Source: Prorocentrum cordatum (taxonomy: Eukaryota). Taken from it: DNA of 64,000 nt. The notes beneath the pieces are model-generated. The model was given only the letters and a program-made list of their open reading frames with translations. It searched no databases and was not told the origin of the DNA. Below are positions 15,894 to 36,065 of the stretch, in pieces (position 1 is the first letter of the stretch; the number at the start of each line of letters is the position of its first letter). A program made the position numbers and the translations under genes. The stretch covers positions 558,001 through 622,000 of the forward strand of contig CAUYUJ010000103.1 of the NCBI GenBank assembly GCA_963575745.1, in the 5' to 3' direction.

Positions 15894-16800
15894 CTTCTTC
15901 GATCGGTTTGCAAAGTGCTTCTCGGACCACGACCGACCCGCCCCAGCGCGGGGGATCCTGGCCGGGCCCCCGTGGAAAACGTCGTGGAGATGGAAGTGTG
16001 GGGACTTCGCCAGATGCTGACAGAAGGGGGCCGCTCTGGGATCCTCTTCACCGGCTTCTGGGTTGCGTTTGCCTCCCTGATGGTGGCGTGGCTCTTGGCA
16101 GTCTCAACGGTGATATGCGCGTCCCCAGGGAAGCGTGCGGCTTCTGCGCTGGGCAGTGTGGGGAGCGCGAAGCTGGCGGGGCGCGTTCGCACGCTCCACG
16201 GATGACGGGTCTGCGCTGACGATCTGTCGCTCTGCCTTGCCAACATCCCCGCTGGGCACCAGCCGACTGCAGTTGTTCTTTCGGGAGAGTGGTTGGCCTC
16301 GGACTGGACTTTCCCAAATGCAGTGTTCCTTTTACAGGGGCCTTGAAGCTGGCGCAGCTCACTTATCATACTCGTCGGAAGAACAGTTTCGCACAGGTCA
16401 TCGATTTCGCCCATGCTGTTCTGCATCTTGGGTTCTGGCTTGTGCCTGGTGCTCAATCGCAAGTCTGGGGTGACGCGATCCCGAAGTTCTGGATGACGGC
16501 CCGGAGGCTCCGTGGACTTTGTCTTGGGCCCCCTCACACGATGCGACTCTCCCATTCGCGCTGCATGTCGATCGTGGCGCGCCAGCTGCAGCTGCGCCCT
16601 GTGATTAAACCGCCCCGGAAAGTGTATGATGCGGCGCTGCGGTTGATTACGGCGGGTCCCCGTCGTGCCTTCTCGAGGGAGATGTCGATTGTCCTTCGCG
16701 TTCTGGGGGCGTCGCCAGAAGTTTTGGGCGGTGACTGTTTGCTGTTCACAGGTTTTCAAGTTTCGGGTACATTGACGTCGTGCTCCTGTGTTGATTAACT
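14370..16800 (+). mobile_element. Decayed LINE ORF2: APE endonuclease + reverse transcriptase (frameshifted pseudogene)
   Basis: Motifs in the expected order across frames. EN: GGGAVAT, VVPGRAL, VWNAYVP, QLDR, SDHAPV (14868). RT: FLPK (15762), RPSTAANAGAK, QRG..ENVVEME..GILFTGFWVAFASL, CADD (16212-16223, YADD equivalent), GLDFPKC, HLGFWL..W...KF. A (TA)n tract is inserted at 15861-15890. The QG motif appears deleted. Confidence 0.85.
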
Positions 16801-16848
16801 TTCGTATGATATCGAGTCGTTGAGAGTTCTTCTGGAGGATGATGCATA

Positions 16849-17025
16849 CAGTCGGGGCGCTGAAGAAGGAACCCTTTTCGTTGGGGAGGGGCTCCGTGTT
16901 CCCTGATTGTTTCACAGCTCGCCTCAGGTGTTCCTCAGGTCTTCGATGGGACATCGAACTCTCACGGATGGGAAAAAGGGGCCTCGTTCCGTACGTGGGG
17001 TTCCTTAAGGTCAGCGCCCCGACTG
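16849..17025 (+). mobile_element. MITE family A copy 1 (Tc1/mariner-type, 177 bp)
   Basis: Perfect TIR CAGTCGGGGCGCTGA/TCAGCGCCCCGACTG; TA at 16847-48 and 17026-27; homologous to copies at 39976 and 61716. Confidence 0.92.
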
Positions 17026-17027
17026 TA

Positions 17028-17192
17028 CACCTTAGGCGATGCTTAAGAAAACTTGAGTTTTCGGCCAGAGTCTCGATTATTCTTAACGTTTCAATGTAAG
17101 TCCTGAGCTTTTAATAGAAATGTTGGGTTTTTATTCAAGATCTGAGATTATGAATTTCTTAACCCATGATTTCTTAAACATTTCGCAGGGTG
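17028..17192. mobile_element. AT-rich MITE B (165 bp) abutting MITE A at a shared TA
   Basis: TIR caccttaggcgatgcttaagaaa vs caccctgcgaaatgtttaagaaa (17/23); TA at 17026-27 and 17193-94. Confidence 0.7.
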
Positions 17193-18452
17193 TACGTCCT
17201 CACCTGGACCCGTTGGACCCGGTGGCGCCCCTCCTGGGCCAAGGGCGGCCGCGAAGGAAGCAGGGGGCGCGCTCGCTGCCCCCCCCCCCCTCTCTCGCGC
17301 CCCATTCCCCCCGGGAGGCGGCCCCGCGGAACAGAAGCCATGGAGCGGCCGAGGCCCCTCCGATGGACCCCACCGCAGCGGTGGGGTCTCGGAGAGGGAC
17401 CCCGCCGTTGCGGTGGGCCCCCCCCCCCTCGCTCTCGCCCCCTTCCCCGGGAGGCGGCCCCGCGGAGCAGAAGCTATGCAGCGGCCGAGGTCCCTCCGAT
17501 GACCCCACCTTTCCCCTCCTTGCCTCGAGATTCGGCTTGGCATCGCTCGGGCGTGTGCATCTTTCCTTCGGCGAGGACCCTCGAGGAGCATCCTCGATCA
17601 TTTGGCGAAAAAACCACGCACGGAACCGAAAAAAACACAGGGAATGGACGTTCGAGCGATGGCGAGTCAGAGGGTGTCCAAGTGGGCGGGGCCCAACCGT
17701 TTCTCGGTCGCGGACGTTCCGGCGCTGTGATCGGCCAAGAGGGTGCGACGAGCAGAGAAGGACATCACGATTCATTTCCTGACGGGGGTCCTCGCAGTTC
17801 TCTGTGGGGGGGTGCGCACGTCGAGCCGTCTTCGCCAGATCCTGCCAGGTTGAGCCTTTAGGTGCGCAGCGGTTTTTGCTGATGATGGCCTTGTGCATTA
17901 TCGTGTGTGCCCGAACTTCAAGCCGCGACGCATTAGTATATTTCCTCCTGGTGGACTTCTGGCGTCGTGGACTGAGCGGCTGGTAGGCGATGCTTGGCTT
18001 TTAACTCTCTGATGCCTTTCGCCACAGGGGGAGGTCTTGTGACCTGGTGGGGTGTTCTCTGATCGACGGATTCTTGGCTGCGCATAGCGCCCGTCGCACG
18101 AGCTCCCAGGTTCTGGGAGACGTTCTGGTCAAAGCTCGGTTGCGGCAGTTGCCACGCCGTCACCCAAAACTGCAGGAAGCACTTCGGCCGTTTCTTTAGA
18201 AGCCGCAGCTCGTCGTGCCCCTCCCCACCTTCCTCCTCCTTCGTTGCCCCCGCCCCCCCCCCCCACCCGCCCTGGACAAGGCATTGAGACCTGCCCCCCG
18301 TGTGGACACTTTTCTCCTGTGGCCCCCTGGTCCCCTCCCTGTGGTTCCCCAGCTCCTGCGTGAAGTTGAAAGTGGTTGCGACCCGCGTGGGTCTTCGGAG
18401 ATTCGTTGGCGGTTTTTCCGGGATGCGTTACCGGTTTCGTTCCTTCAGGTGT

Positions 18453-18664
18453 TCTGGACGCCCGAAATGGGTACGGAAAGATTGGGTAAAATGCCCAACA
18501 ACAGTTCCTGTTCATTTTGAACAGGATCCGCTGTCCGCGCCGCCGCGGCCTGTGGCCATTTGAGACAGAGGGCCGCTTGCCCAACAGCGGCCGCTGTTGG
18601 TTTGGGACAACATTCGCTGTTGGGCATTGTACCAATTTTTTGGTACCCATTTCGGGCGTCCAAA
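18453..18664. mobile_element. 212-bp MITE with ~46-bp TIRs and 5-bp TSD
   Basis: Arms tggacgcccgaaatgggtac..aatgcccaaca (18455-18500) and reverse complement (18618-18662); GGTGT at 18448-52 and 18665-69; internal perfect 20-bp palindrome at 18581-18600. Confidence 0.8.
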
Positions 18665-19899
18665 GGTGTGTTGTGTGGGGAATTGCTCGCGTGGCTAAGT
18701 CAGGGCCCGTCATGTGCATGGCGCGGCCCGCCCCACGGACGATGGGTTGGATGCTATCAGTTGAGGGGTGTGCGCGCTGGGTTGGCAAAAACTCCTCCCC
18801 CTCCTCATCCTCCTCTTCCTCCCCCTCCTCCTCCTCCTCCTCCTCCTCCTCCTCCTCCTCCTCCTCCTCCTCCTCCTCCTCCTCCTTTTCCTCCTCCTCC
18901 TCCTCCTCCTCCTCTTCCTCCTTCCCCTCGTCGTCCTCCTCCTCCTCCTCATCCTCCTCCCTTTCCTCCTCCTCCTCCTCCTCCTCCTCCTCCTCCTCCT
19001 CCTCCTCCAGTTCCTCGTCCTGGCCCGCCTCGCCCTTCTATGGCTCTGGCATGCTTCACCCATCCACTGCAAGGGCTGGTCCGAAGTGCAGCTCTCCATT
19101 CACCTACGAGGGTTACCTCATCCCGCCGACACCTGACACGAGGATGGGCGTACATAGTTACGTAGTATCCCGCAGCTGCGGGCAGGAATGAGGGGGCGGT
19201 GGGGTTGATAGCAGTCTTCGAAGCTTTGAATACACCCGCCGCAGGCGCAGATTTTTTAGCGCATTGCACGACGAGCCCGCCGCAGGCGCCGATTTTTCTA
19301 CGAAGCAGCGAGGGTGGGTCGCGGGCGTGTCGCTGGCGAGAACGACGACGACGACAACAACACAACAGCAGCAGCAATCAGTGCACAGTACCGTCATGCG
19401 CCACGCTTCCACATGTCGCATGCCTGTATCATGATTCCACCCCTTGATGGAGGAACTCAATGAAAACCTGGGGCTATATTCACACAGCCAGATATCCCGT
19501 CCAATGAGGTTGAACTAACACTTTTTCCAGAGGCACTTTCCCATTTCTTGCTCGCACGATCCTTAAAACACTGTGCGACTTGGGGATCGGCGAGGATTCA
19601 ACACATAAGGGGTTCGATCCTCAGGAGTAAGAGCATACGTAAGACACAAGAAGTTCGAGCCCCAGTCGAGGGCCACAGAAAGCACAAAGGATTCGAACCC
19701 CCGCCGAGGGGCAATGTATAGAAACCGAGATTGAGCACGAAGGATTCGAACCCCAGTCGAAGAGCAAAGTATAGGAACGTACGCAAAACACAATTTAACA
19801 AAACGATCCCCAGGAGAACGATGGCGAAGCTTGTGGGGGCAAAGCCTACGGAGGGCCGAAAAGCGTTCTCCGAACACGTACCCCACACAGAAGAGTGTC

Positions 19900-28220
<8,321 letters not shown>

Positions 28221-29104
28221 TCACCGCGGAACCCCACCTCACCCACGCACCCAAGGACAACGAATGACCGCTCGACCCCCTCACTCTGATTTACGCTTCC
28301 TGTATTCCCAGCAGGTCATTGAAAGAAGAAGGCAACCAATGTTGAGCTTAGATTATTTCTGAGTGTCTCACGCCTTTGAGGCCTTCTTGGGTACTTGGGG
28401 GTGTCTGAGGCCACTCATCCAGCAAGAGTGGATCCGGAATGAGGGATCCACGATTACCCAAAGATTAGTTCTTTGGGTCGTCTTAAAACTCTTGAGGCTC
28501 TCGTGAAACTTTCGGGGCAGTCTTGGAGCGTTTCTGGGCCCCTCTCGGGTCTCTCTTTGCCGATCTTGGAGCAATATTGGGGCCTCAGAGGCCCACCAGA
28601 AGCGAAAAGGATCGAATAGGTGGAAGGCACTAGCCACGAAACTCGTTCGGTTCTTGACAGATTTTGGCTTCTCGGAGGTACCCTCGGGAGGCTCTGTGGT
28701 CAGTCTCGGGGCCTCCTGGCTGTGTAGGAGCACTTCTGGTGCCGTCTGTGAAGACGTCCGAGAGAATTCGGAGGCTCGCAGGGCATTGAGCCCAGGAGAT
28801 GCGCCTGGGACCCCCCCTCCCCCTCCCCTTCCCCTCCCCCCGCAACAGCATTTTGGACCCCGGGGAGGGGGATGTTGGACCCCGGGCAGGGGGGACATGG
28901 GGCAAGGGGACAACCAGTGATCCGACACGCCTTCTCACCCAGGGCAAGCGGGGGTCGGCGGATGTCTGGCTATTTGTTTCACGCGTCGGCATTCCGAGGT
29001 TCTGCATGGCACGCTGGAGAAGGCGGATGGACACCTACACACAAATTGCAATTCGGATGACCATCTTGAGTTTGACGATGGTTGTGATGAGCGAAGAGTA
29101 TCCT

Positions 29105-29459
29105 GATGATGATGCTGCTGCTGATGATGATGATCGCGGTGGTGGCGGTGGTGATGATGATGCTTATGATGCTGATGCTGGTGCTGGTGATGATGATGAC
29201 GGCGACGACGACGATGATGACACTAATGATGGTGGTGATCATGGTGGCGGTGCTGATGCTGATGGTGGCGATGCTAATGATGATGCTGATGATGATGACG
29301 ATGATGAGGATGAGGATGAGGATGATGACCATGATGACCATGATGATCATGATGATGTTGTCGATGATGCTGATGATGGTGATGGTGATGATGAGGTGGT
29401 GGCGGTGATGAGGCGATGGCGATGATGATGATGACGAAGAAGATGGTTCAGATGGCGGA

Positions 29460-29545
<86 letters not shown>
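29105..29545. repeat. (GAT)n microsatellite
   Basis: Directly visible; gives the poly-D/M/I ORFs. Confidence 0.97.
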
Positions 29546-30728
29546 CCCGCATGCCTAAAGAGGCCTGCCGCGGCGCCCCCAGCCTCTCACTTGAGCGACG
29601 CAGACAAAACGGGCAGTATGCGTGGACATTTGCGCGCAAGTTGCCCGCGTAAGGCCGCAAGTGAGCGCCCTCGTCTCCACGCTGTGTGCCACGCTGTCGG
29701 CCCGCGTAAGCCGCGGCGTCAGGTCGCTACGCCATATTGCGCAAGACCCGTCTACTTGGGCATCTTGCTTGGCAGCCGCGCACCCGTGCCTCGCCGACCA
29801 GCCTGGAGGCCCGCCGCCCGCGGCAGGCACGACGGGGCCTTTCAGCCGTTGCCCCAGCCGGCCACTATAGAGCACTTCCTTTGCGATGATGGCCCCTTTG
29901 ACGGGCAGCGGATCGTTCGGTATCTGCTTCCATCTTCCGACCACGAACCAATCGACACCACCCCACTTACGACCCGCTGGGGTCGCAGGTGGGTCGCAGG
30001 TGGGGTGGCGCCGTGGGTATGTCGAAGGCGGTCGTAGGTGGGCAAGTGCTCAAACTGTCAGCATCGCTGGGTCGTCAGTGTCGTTCGGTTTCTGCTCCAA
30101 TCTTCTCTTGCCGATAACACAGAGAGAACAAACGACGGGGCACTCCAGTGCGGAGGGGCTCGACGTACCCCCGCCTCCCCAGGGCGGCGCGGCTCGCTCC
30201 GCGCCCGCGGGGCGGCAGCGGGGTGCCCTGGCGGGCAGCCCGGCCGGGCGCAGTTCCGCCGCCGTGCCCGCCGCGACGATGCGTAGGAGTGGCCCTTCGC
30301 TGGAACGACCTCGGTCGATCCAGGCCCTCCCAGGCCACTAAGTTTGAGATGCGTCGCTTCGGCCCAGACCCCATGGGGCCCCTGGCTTTGTACGCCTCGC
30401 TTCGACCCAGGCCCTCCCCCGGATGCGCCGTCGCGCCCGCGTGAGATCATCGAGACATCAGGGATCAGGGATCATCGATGTAGGTGGTTTGGCTGGATAC
30501 ATCTGCAGAAAAGACCCCCTATCTCGATAAAAGATAAAATCACCTCCTGGCTTAGGTCCGACCCTCGATTGCTGACCATGGGAGTGACCCTGCGCCAGGG
30601 CAACCTTTGGCTCGGGCTCACTGGGGTCTCCCCGGTCGCTGAGCGCGATGCGATGGCGGCTGATTGCGCGCTTGGATTTGGCCGCCCTGCGCCCCCGAAA
30701 TCCACGCACGAAAACTCAGGAGGAGGAG

Positions 30729-30760
<32 letters not shown>

Positions 30761-30765
30761 GGAGC

Positions 30766-30796
<31 letters not shown>

Positions 30797-30857
30797 GGAG
30801 GAGGAGGAGGAGGGAGGAGGGGAGGAGGAGGAGGAGGAGCAGGAGGATCGGGCCGGA

Positions 30858-31029
30858 CGAAAGGGGGGGATTGGGAAAGGGGGTGTTACGAAATTTGCTG
30901 CATGCAGCTGGTTTCGGCCTCACCGAGGGGCCCATTCCTCGATACATAGCCCTCCGGCGCCGGGAGGCGCCGGGAAAATCAGCTACGTGAGCTGATTCTC
31001 AAACCCCCCCTTTGCTATCCCCCCTTTCG
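30858..31029. mobile_element. Short inverted-repeat element within a (GGA)n tract
   Basis: cgaaaggggggg-attgggaaaggggg versus the reverse complement of ccccccctttgctatccccccttt-cg. TSD unclear. Confidence 0.5.
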
Positions 31030-31483
31030 CCCCCGAGAAGGATCCGAGAGGAGGGGCCAGGAGGAGGAGGAGGAGGAGAGGAGGAGGAGGAGGAGGAGGA
31101 GGAGGAGGAGCAGGGAGGAGGAAGAGGAGGAGGAGGAGGAGGAGGAGGAGGAGGAGGAGGGAGGAGGAGGGGAGGAGGAGGAGGAGGAGGAGCAGGAGGA
31201 GGAGACAGGAGGAGGGAGGGGGAGGAGGAGGAGGAGGAGAGCAGCAGGAGGAGAGGAGGAGGAGGAGGAGGTTCCAGCGGCGCTTGTTCACTCTTGCCTA
31301 GTGTCACTCTTGCGTGTGTCAGCCCGTCGCCGTTGCTCCCCACGCGCTGCCCGCCCCTCCACCGAGCCCTCGGTGTGGCGTGGCGCAGCTCACTCGTGGT
31401 GCAGCGCGGCGCAGTGCTGCAGGTGCCCGTCTGGGCCCGCACTGACGTGGTGTGGGACGCACTTCGACGAGAAAAAAGGCATA

Positions 31484-31651
31484 CACGTTGTTAATTGTTC
31501 ATTATTCGAGAGTTCTTTGATTTTTTTTGGGGGCCAAGATCCTTTCATTTCTAATTGTTCTTTCCTGGGCCTCTTCCTGGCCACTAAGGGGCCAGGAACA
31601 ATTAGAAACGAGCGCAATTAGAAATGAGCACGATTAGAACTGAACGACGTG
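31484..31651. mobile_element. AT-rich TA-flanked MITE C (168 bp)
   Basis: TA|CACGTTGTT ... AACGACGTG|TA; internal tttctaattg and inverted caattagaaa repeats. Confidence 0.7.
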
Positions 31652-31684
31652 TACTCTGAGGACCTCCATAGTTTTGGGCCCCTG

Positions 31685-31885
31685 GACTAAGGGCCCCCCG
31701 GAGTACAAGGGCCCGTCCCCCAGACTACAGGGGACCCCCCCCGATAGACTACAGGGACCCCTCCCTGGGGACTACAGGGAGCCCCCCCCCGCAGACTACA
31801 AGGGCCCCCGCCCCCCGGACGACAGGAACCTATCCCCGGACTACATGGACCCCCCCGCCCGGACTACAGTCACCCCCACCCAGTA
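31685..31885. repeat. ~23-bp minisatellite (GACTACAGGGACCCCC...)
   Basis: About 9 gactaca-led units. Confidence 0.8.
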
Positions 31886-31894
31886 CACAATAAC

Positions 31895-32030
31895 TTTCTT
31901 CGGTCCGCGCGGATTTTTGGGATCTGCGTTGGACCTCCTTGGCGACGCCTCGGGCGTAGCCCCTGGCGCGCTCCGCGCCAACCCCAAAACATGTGTCGCC
32001 GATCTACGAAATCCGCGCGGACCGTCGAAA
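31895..32030. repeat. 136-bp inverted repeat (MITE-like)
   Basis: 34-bp arms (27/34) with perfect 16-bp core cggtccgcgcggattt / aaatccgcgcggaccg. Confidence 0.65.
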
Positions 32031-32519
32031 CCTAATGTTTATGCAGCTTTTCCTTCTCCTCCAGAATTGCTCGCCCCTGTCTTGGGGGGGGCCTCGGGAG
32101 CCTCTTGGGGGTCCTGGGGCCAGCTTGGGGCGGAGGGCTCGAAATGTTGGTTCGTGTACCCCCTCGTGGGCCCCCCTTGGGGCTCTCTTGGGTGCCCCCT
32201 GGGCCGCCTTGGGGGGGCCATCTTGGAGCCCTCTGGGGGCGTCTTGGGGCCCTGGGCCGTCTTGGAGCGTTAAAGGCTGGAAAAGGTGAAAAGGCACAAC
32301 TCCTTCAAATTATAAGCAGAGTCGCTGATTTGGGCCGCCTGCTGGCACGTGCTACTGGCACGTGTTGCCGGCGCGTGCTGGACCACGCGGTTGGCGCGCG
32401 GCGCTGGCTCGTGCTGCCGGAACGTGCTGCTGGCACGTGCTGCGATGCGTGTGCCTACCGAGAGCGACGTGGCACGAATGAGGACAGAGCTCCTGCCATA
32501 GATGCGGGGTTGGTCCAGT

Positions 32520-32960
32520 CGAAACAACGGGTCGCGGGCTAGCTGGGCATGCTACGCAGAGGCCCGTGGCCCGCAGTCCTGGTTTGCGGCACGAATGGTG
32601 CGCACTCCTGCCGTTCCTGTTGAATCGGTCACGCCGAAACGTCGGACCGCGGGCCAGTCGGGTTCGCTACGCAGGGGCCTTTAGCTCACAGTGTTGGCTT
32701 GGCGTACTGGCGCCGCTGAATGGGATGGGGTACGACCGATGCCTGAACTCTTGCCGTACCTGTTGAATCGGCCACGCTTAACAACGGACCGCTGGCTAGC
32801 TGGGTATGCTACGCAGAGAACGGGATGGGGTACGACTGATGCCATAACTCTTGCGGTTCTCGCTGATTCGGACAAGCCGAAACAGCAGACCGCGCGCGAG
32901 TTCGGCGTGCTGTTACGCAGAAGCCCTTCGCCCACAGCCCTGGCTTGGAGTGCTGGACCT
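32520..32960. repeat. Diverged ~110-140-bp tandem repeat, ~4 copies
   Basis: Recurring gctacgcaga.. and actcttgccgt.cctgttgaatcgg motifs. Confidence 0.7.
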
Positions 32961-33294
32961 TGCTGGAGATGTGCAGGGGTTGGGGTCCATCGGCTATGCA
33001 GGCTTCGCGGGGAGGAAGGGAGAGTGGAGAAGGAGGAGGAGGAGGAGGAGGAGGAGGAGGAGGAGGAGGAAGGCCTGCCTTAAACCACGGATTTCTGCGG
33101 CGGCCCGTGTCGCCAAAGCGTCCCGCGCTCTGGGCCGTTCGGCCGTTCGCGCCAGGGCCGCCAGGGCGCCGAGCTCCGCAACGGAACGCACCTGCGAACG
33201 CCAACACCGCGAGGAAGCGGGATCGGATCGGATCGGATCGTCAGTCCGCGAAAGCTCCACGGCGTGGAGACAATGTGGGGGGAGGGAAGAATCA

Positions 33295-33620
33295 ATACAT
33301 ATGGAGATGTACACACACATATCTATAAATATACATATGTATATATATGCAGCTGTATAGACATGTGTGATTATACATGCATATAGAGATATGTATCGAT
33401 TGATCCATCGGTGCATATCTATATATATATATACAGATATACGGTTAGCTGGATATACACCCATATACATACACCTATATGTACTCACATATATGTCGGT
33501 ACAGCTATGTGTAAACATATATATATATATACATACATATACATACCGAGTTATATATACACATAAACGTATATATATATAGAGAGAGATGCACATACAT
33601 ATGTATGTATATACATACGT
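33295..33620. repeat. (TA)/(CA) AT-rich microsatellite (others at 35400, 43665-43760, 47080, 59470)
   Basis: Directly visible. Confidence 0.9.
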
Positions 33621-33880
33621 CTGCCGAGGAGGCGGGCGGGGAGATGAGGACTCGGGGGCGAGAGCCCCCACACCAGGACGCTCGGCACCTCGCTCCACGA
33701 GGGGCACCCGCGGCAGCCCCGCCCCGGGACGGGGGCGCGGAGAGGCGGGGGGGAGACGGAGGCAGGGCGCGCGGGCCCGCGCGGCTCCCGAGTCCTGGGC
33801 CGCGGCGGCCGCGGCGCGATGGCGCCGCGGGCGGCCGCGGGCTCCCGGAGGAGGGGCCCCCCCGCCCACGCCCGGCTGGA

Positions 33881-33911
<31 letters not shown>

Positions 33912-35609
33912 TGGAGGAGGAGGAGAGGAGGAAAGGAGGAGGAGGAGGAGGGAGAAAGAGGAGGAGGAGAAAGGAGGAGGAGGAGGAGGAGGAGGAGAAA
34001 GGAGGAGGAGGAGGAGGAGGAGGAGGAGGAGGAGGAGGAGGAGGGGGGATCGGAGGTTGATAGGCCTCCTACCCTGACACGTCGATGAGCGAACTGGCCG
34101 TATTCGGTGCGCGAGAGGGCGTCGCGGCCGCCGTTGTTGCGCGTCCGGGTCCGTCGGTTTCGGTCCGAGGCCGTTTTCACTGAAGGGTGGTTAACTAAAT
34201 GGAGGTTAGTCCACCGCCGAGGGGGAAGGTTCGGTAACAAACCATGCGAGCCGCGTGTGCCCTTTTAATTCCGTCTTTAGCGTCGGTTAGCGTTTGGGAG
34301 TCGACGAGATAGCGCCGAGTTAGCGTCGATGAAGCGTCGACGAAGCGTCGATTAGCGTCGACAAGCGTCGGTTAGCGTCGGATCGCAAAAGCCGACAAGC
34401 TGGTATAGGAGGCTCCCATGGGTTGCCACCGAAGGGGAAGGGGAGGATCGAGGATGGGGGATGGAGCAGGGAGGTCGCTGCAAGAAGGAAGTTGTGCACG
34501 AGCCTCGCGGACCTGAGCAACAAACCGCACTCGGGCGCGAATGCTGACAAATCTGGCGCCGCGGTTCGGACCACTGGGGGCAGAGAAAGATCTGCCGAGG
34601 AGGAGGAGGGAGCCCGTGAGATCGAGAGATGGCCGTAGGCAGCCAGCTGGGCACTGGAGACAGGTACACCGTTTCACCGACATGAGAGGTTGGCGCATTC
34701 ACAAGGTTAGGCACAACAGGACCTGGCCAGAGGCGATAGGACGATGGCGGAGAAACGGAGGGTCCTTTATAACGGATGGGCCGACGCTGTTGCCAGGGCA
34801 ATTGCCGCACGTCAGGTCCCACAAGAAGATGGAAGGGTGATAGACGCCGCCGCACATGTTTGCTCGACGCTTGCTCCGCCTCTGTTTTTTTATGTCGGGC
34901 CTTGGTGAGACGCATCTGGTGTTTTTGGCGCGCCCGCGAGGATCCAGCCAGAGGCAGCCCACTGCCCGCTAAAGGCGCAGGCGCACCTTCGTCGGGATTC
35001 CGAAGCGGTGGCAGTGCCTCGACCGGGGCAGACCCACCGCCAGATCATGCTCTGTGCCGCAGAGGGCCCCGCCCGCCTCTGCCCAGAGCTTTGTGTACTG
35101 TTTTCTCTCCCAGCGTGCCACCTGAACCAGCCGCATGGCCGATGCAGTCTCGCGGTGTCTCCTGCGTGCTGACTGTACGGAGCATATTTTGCACAAGTAT
35201 CTTGGCCAGCGCTTGGGAAGAAGAGTCCGCTCGGTGCTTTCCCCAGCGCAGTTGGCTCACCTGAAGCATACGCCTTTTGAGGAAACTGGCGCGCAGCCCG
35301 TAACATTGGCATCTCGTTGTCCGAGGAGGAAAAAACGTGCCACCTGAACGAGCCCATAATCTTTGGGTAAGGAGAATCTGCGCGAGGGGAGCAGCAACTA
35401 TGTGTGTATATATCTACATAAGTATATACACATTATATATAATCACATATACATATACACAAATCTATGTGTTTTGAAATCAACTGGGGTTTTACACCGC
35501 GGGGAGGCCAGGCCACCTTCTGGAGGGTATGCGCGACACCCCAGCAGGCCCAGCCAGGCATGCTCCGCATCTGTAGGCCCCCGTGCCCCGAAGGAGTATA
35601 GTTCTCACG

Positions 35610-36065
35610 CGGCGCGAAGGCGAGAGCCGCATTTAAAGAGGGCCCCCCCGCCAGCTGTGAGTCCGGGGCGAACTTTTGAGACCAGTGTGCGCGGCATTCC
35701 GGCGAGAGCGATGTTTTGAACATGGCCCCCATCCAGTCGTGAGCTTGCTGCAGAGCTCTAGAGCGACGCTGAGGCGAAAACGACATTCTGAAATCACCCT
35801 CCCCTCCCATCCGCCGGGCTGTGACGAACGTGTAGGACGAATGTGCGCGGCGCTCTGGCGAGGACCACGTTGTGAAAAAGGAACCGCCCTCCTTCCGTGA
35901 AGCTGTTGCAAATGGTTGAACATCGGATCTCCGCGGCGCTAACAGGCGAGAACCGCATGTTGAACACCGCCCGCTCTTGCTCCGCAGAGCCGCTGCAGCT
36001 GTGCAGAACGCACTCGCGCGGCGCTGCGGCGAGAGCTTTCCAGTCTTGGAACGACCCGCCCCCCG
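35610..36065. repeat. Highly diverged ~82-bp tandem repeat, ~6 copies
   Basis: ggcgct..ggcgaga....tttgaa..ccc units starting near 35610, 35692, 35765, 35849, 35935 and 36019. Confidence 0.6.

Noticed and set aside
19590..19770. tRNA gene
   Set aside because: Only T-loop-like motifs; no acceptor stem, D-arm or anticodon arm could be built.
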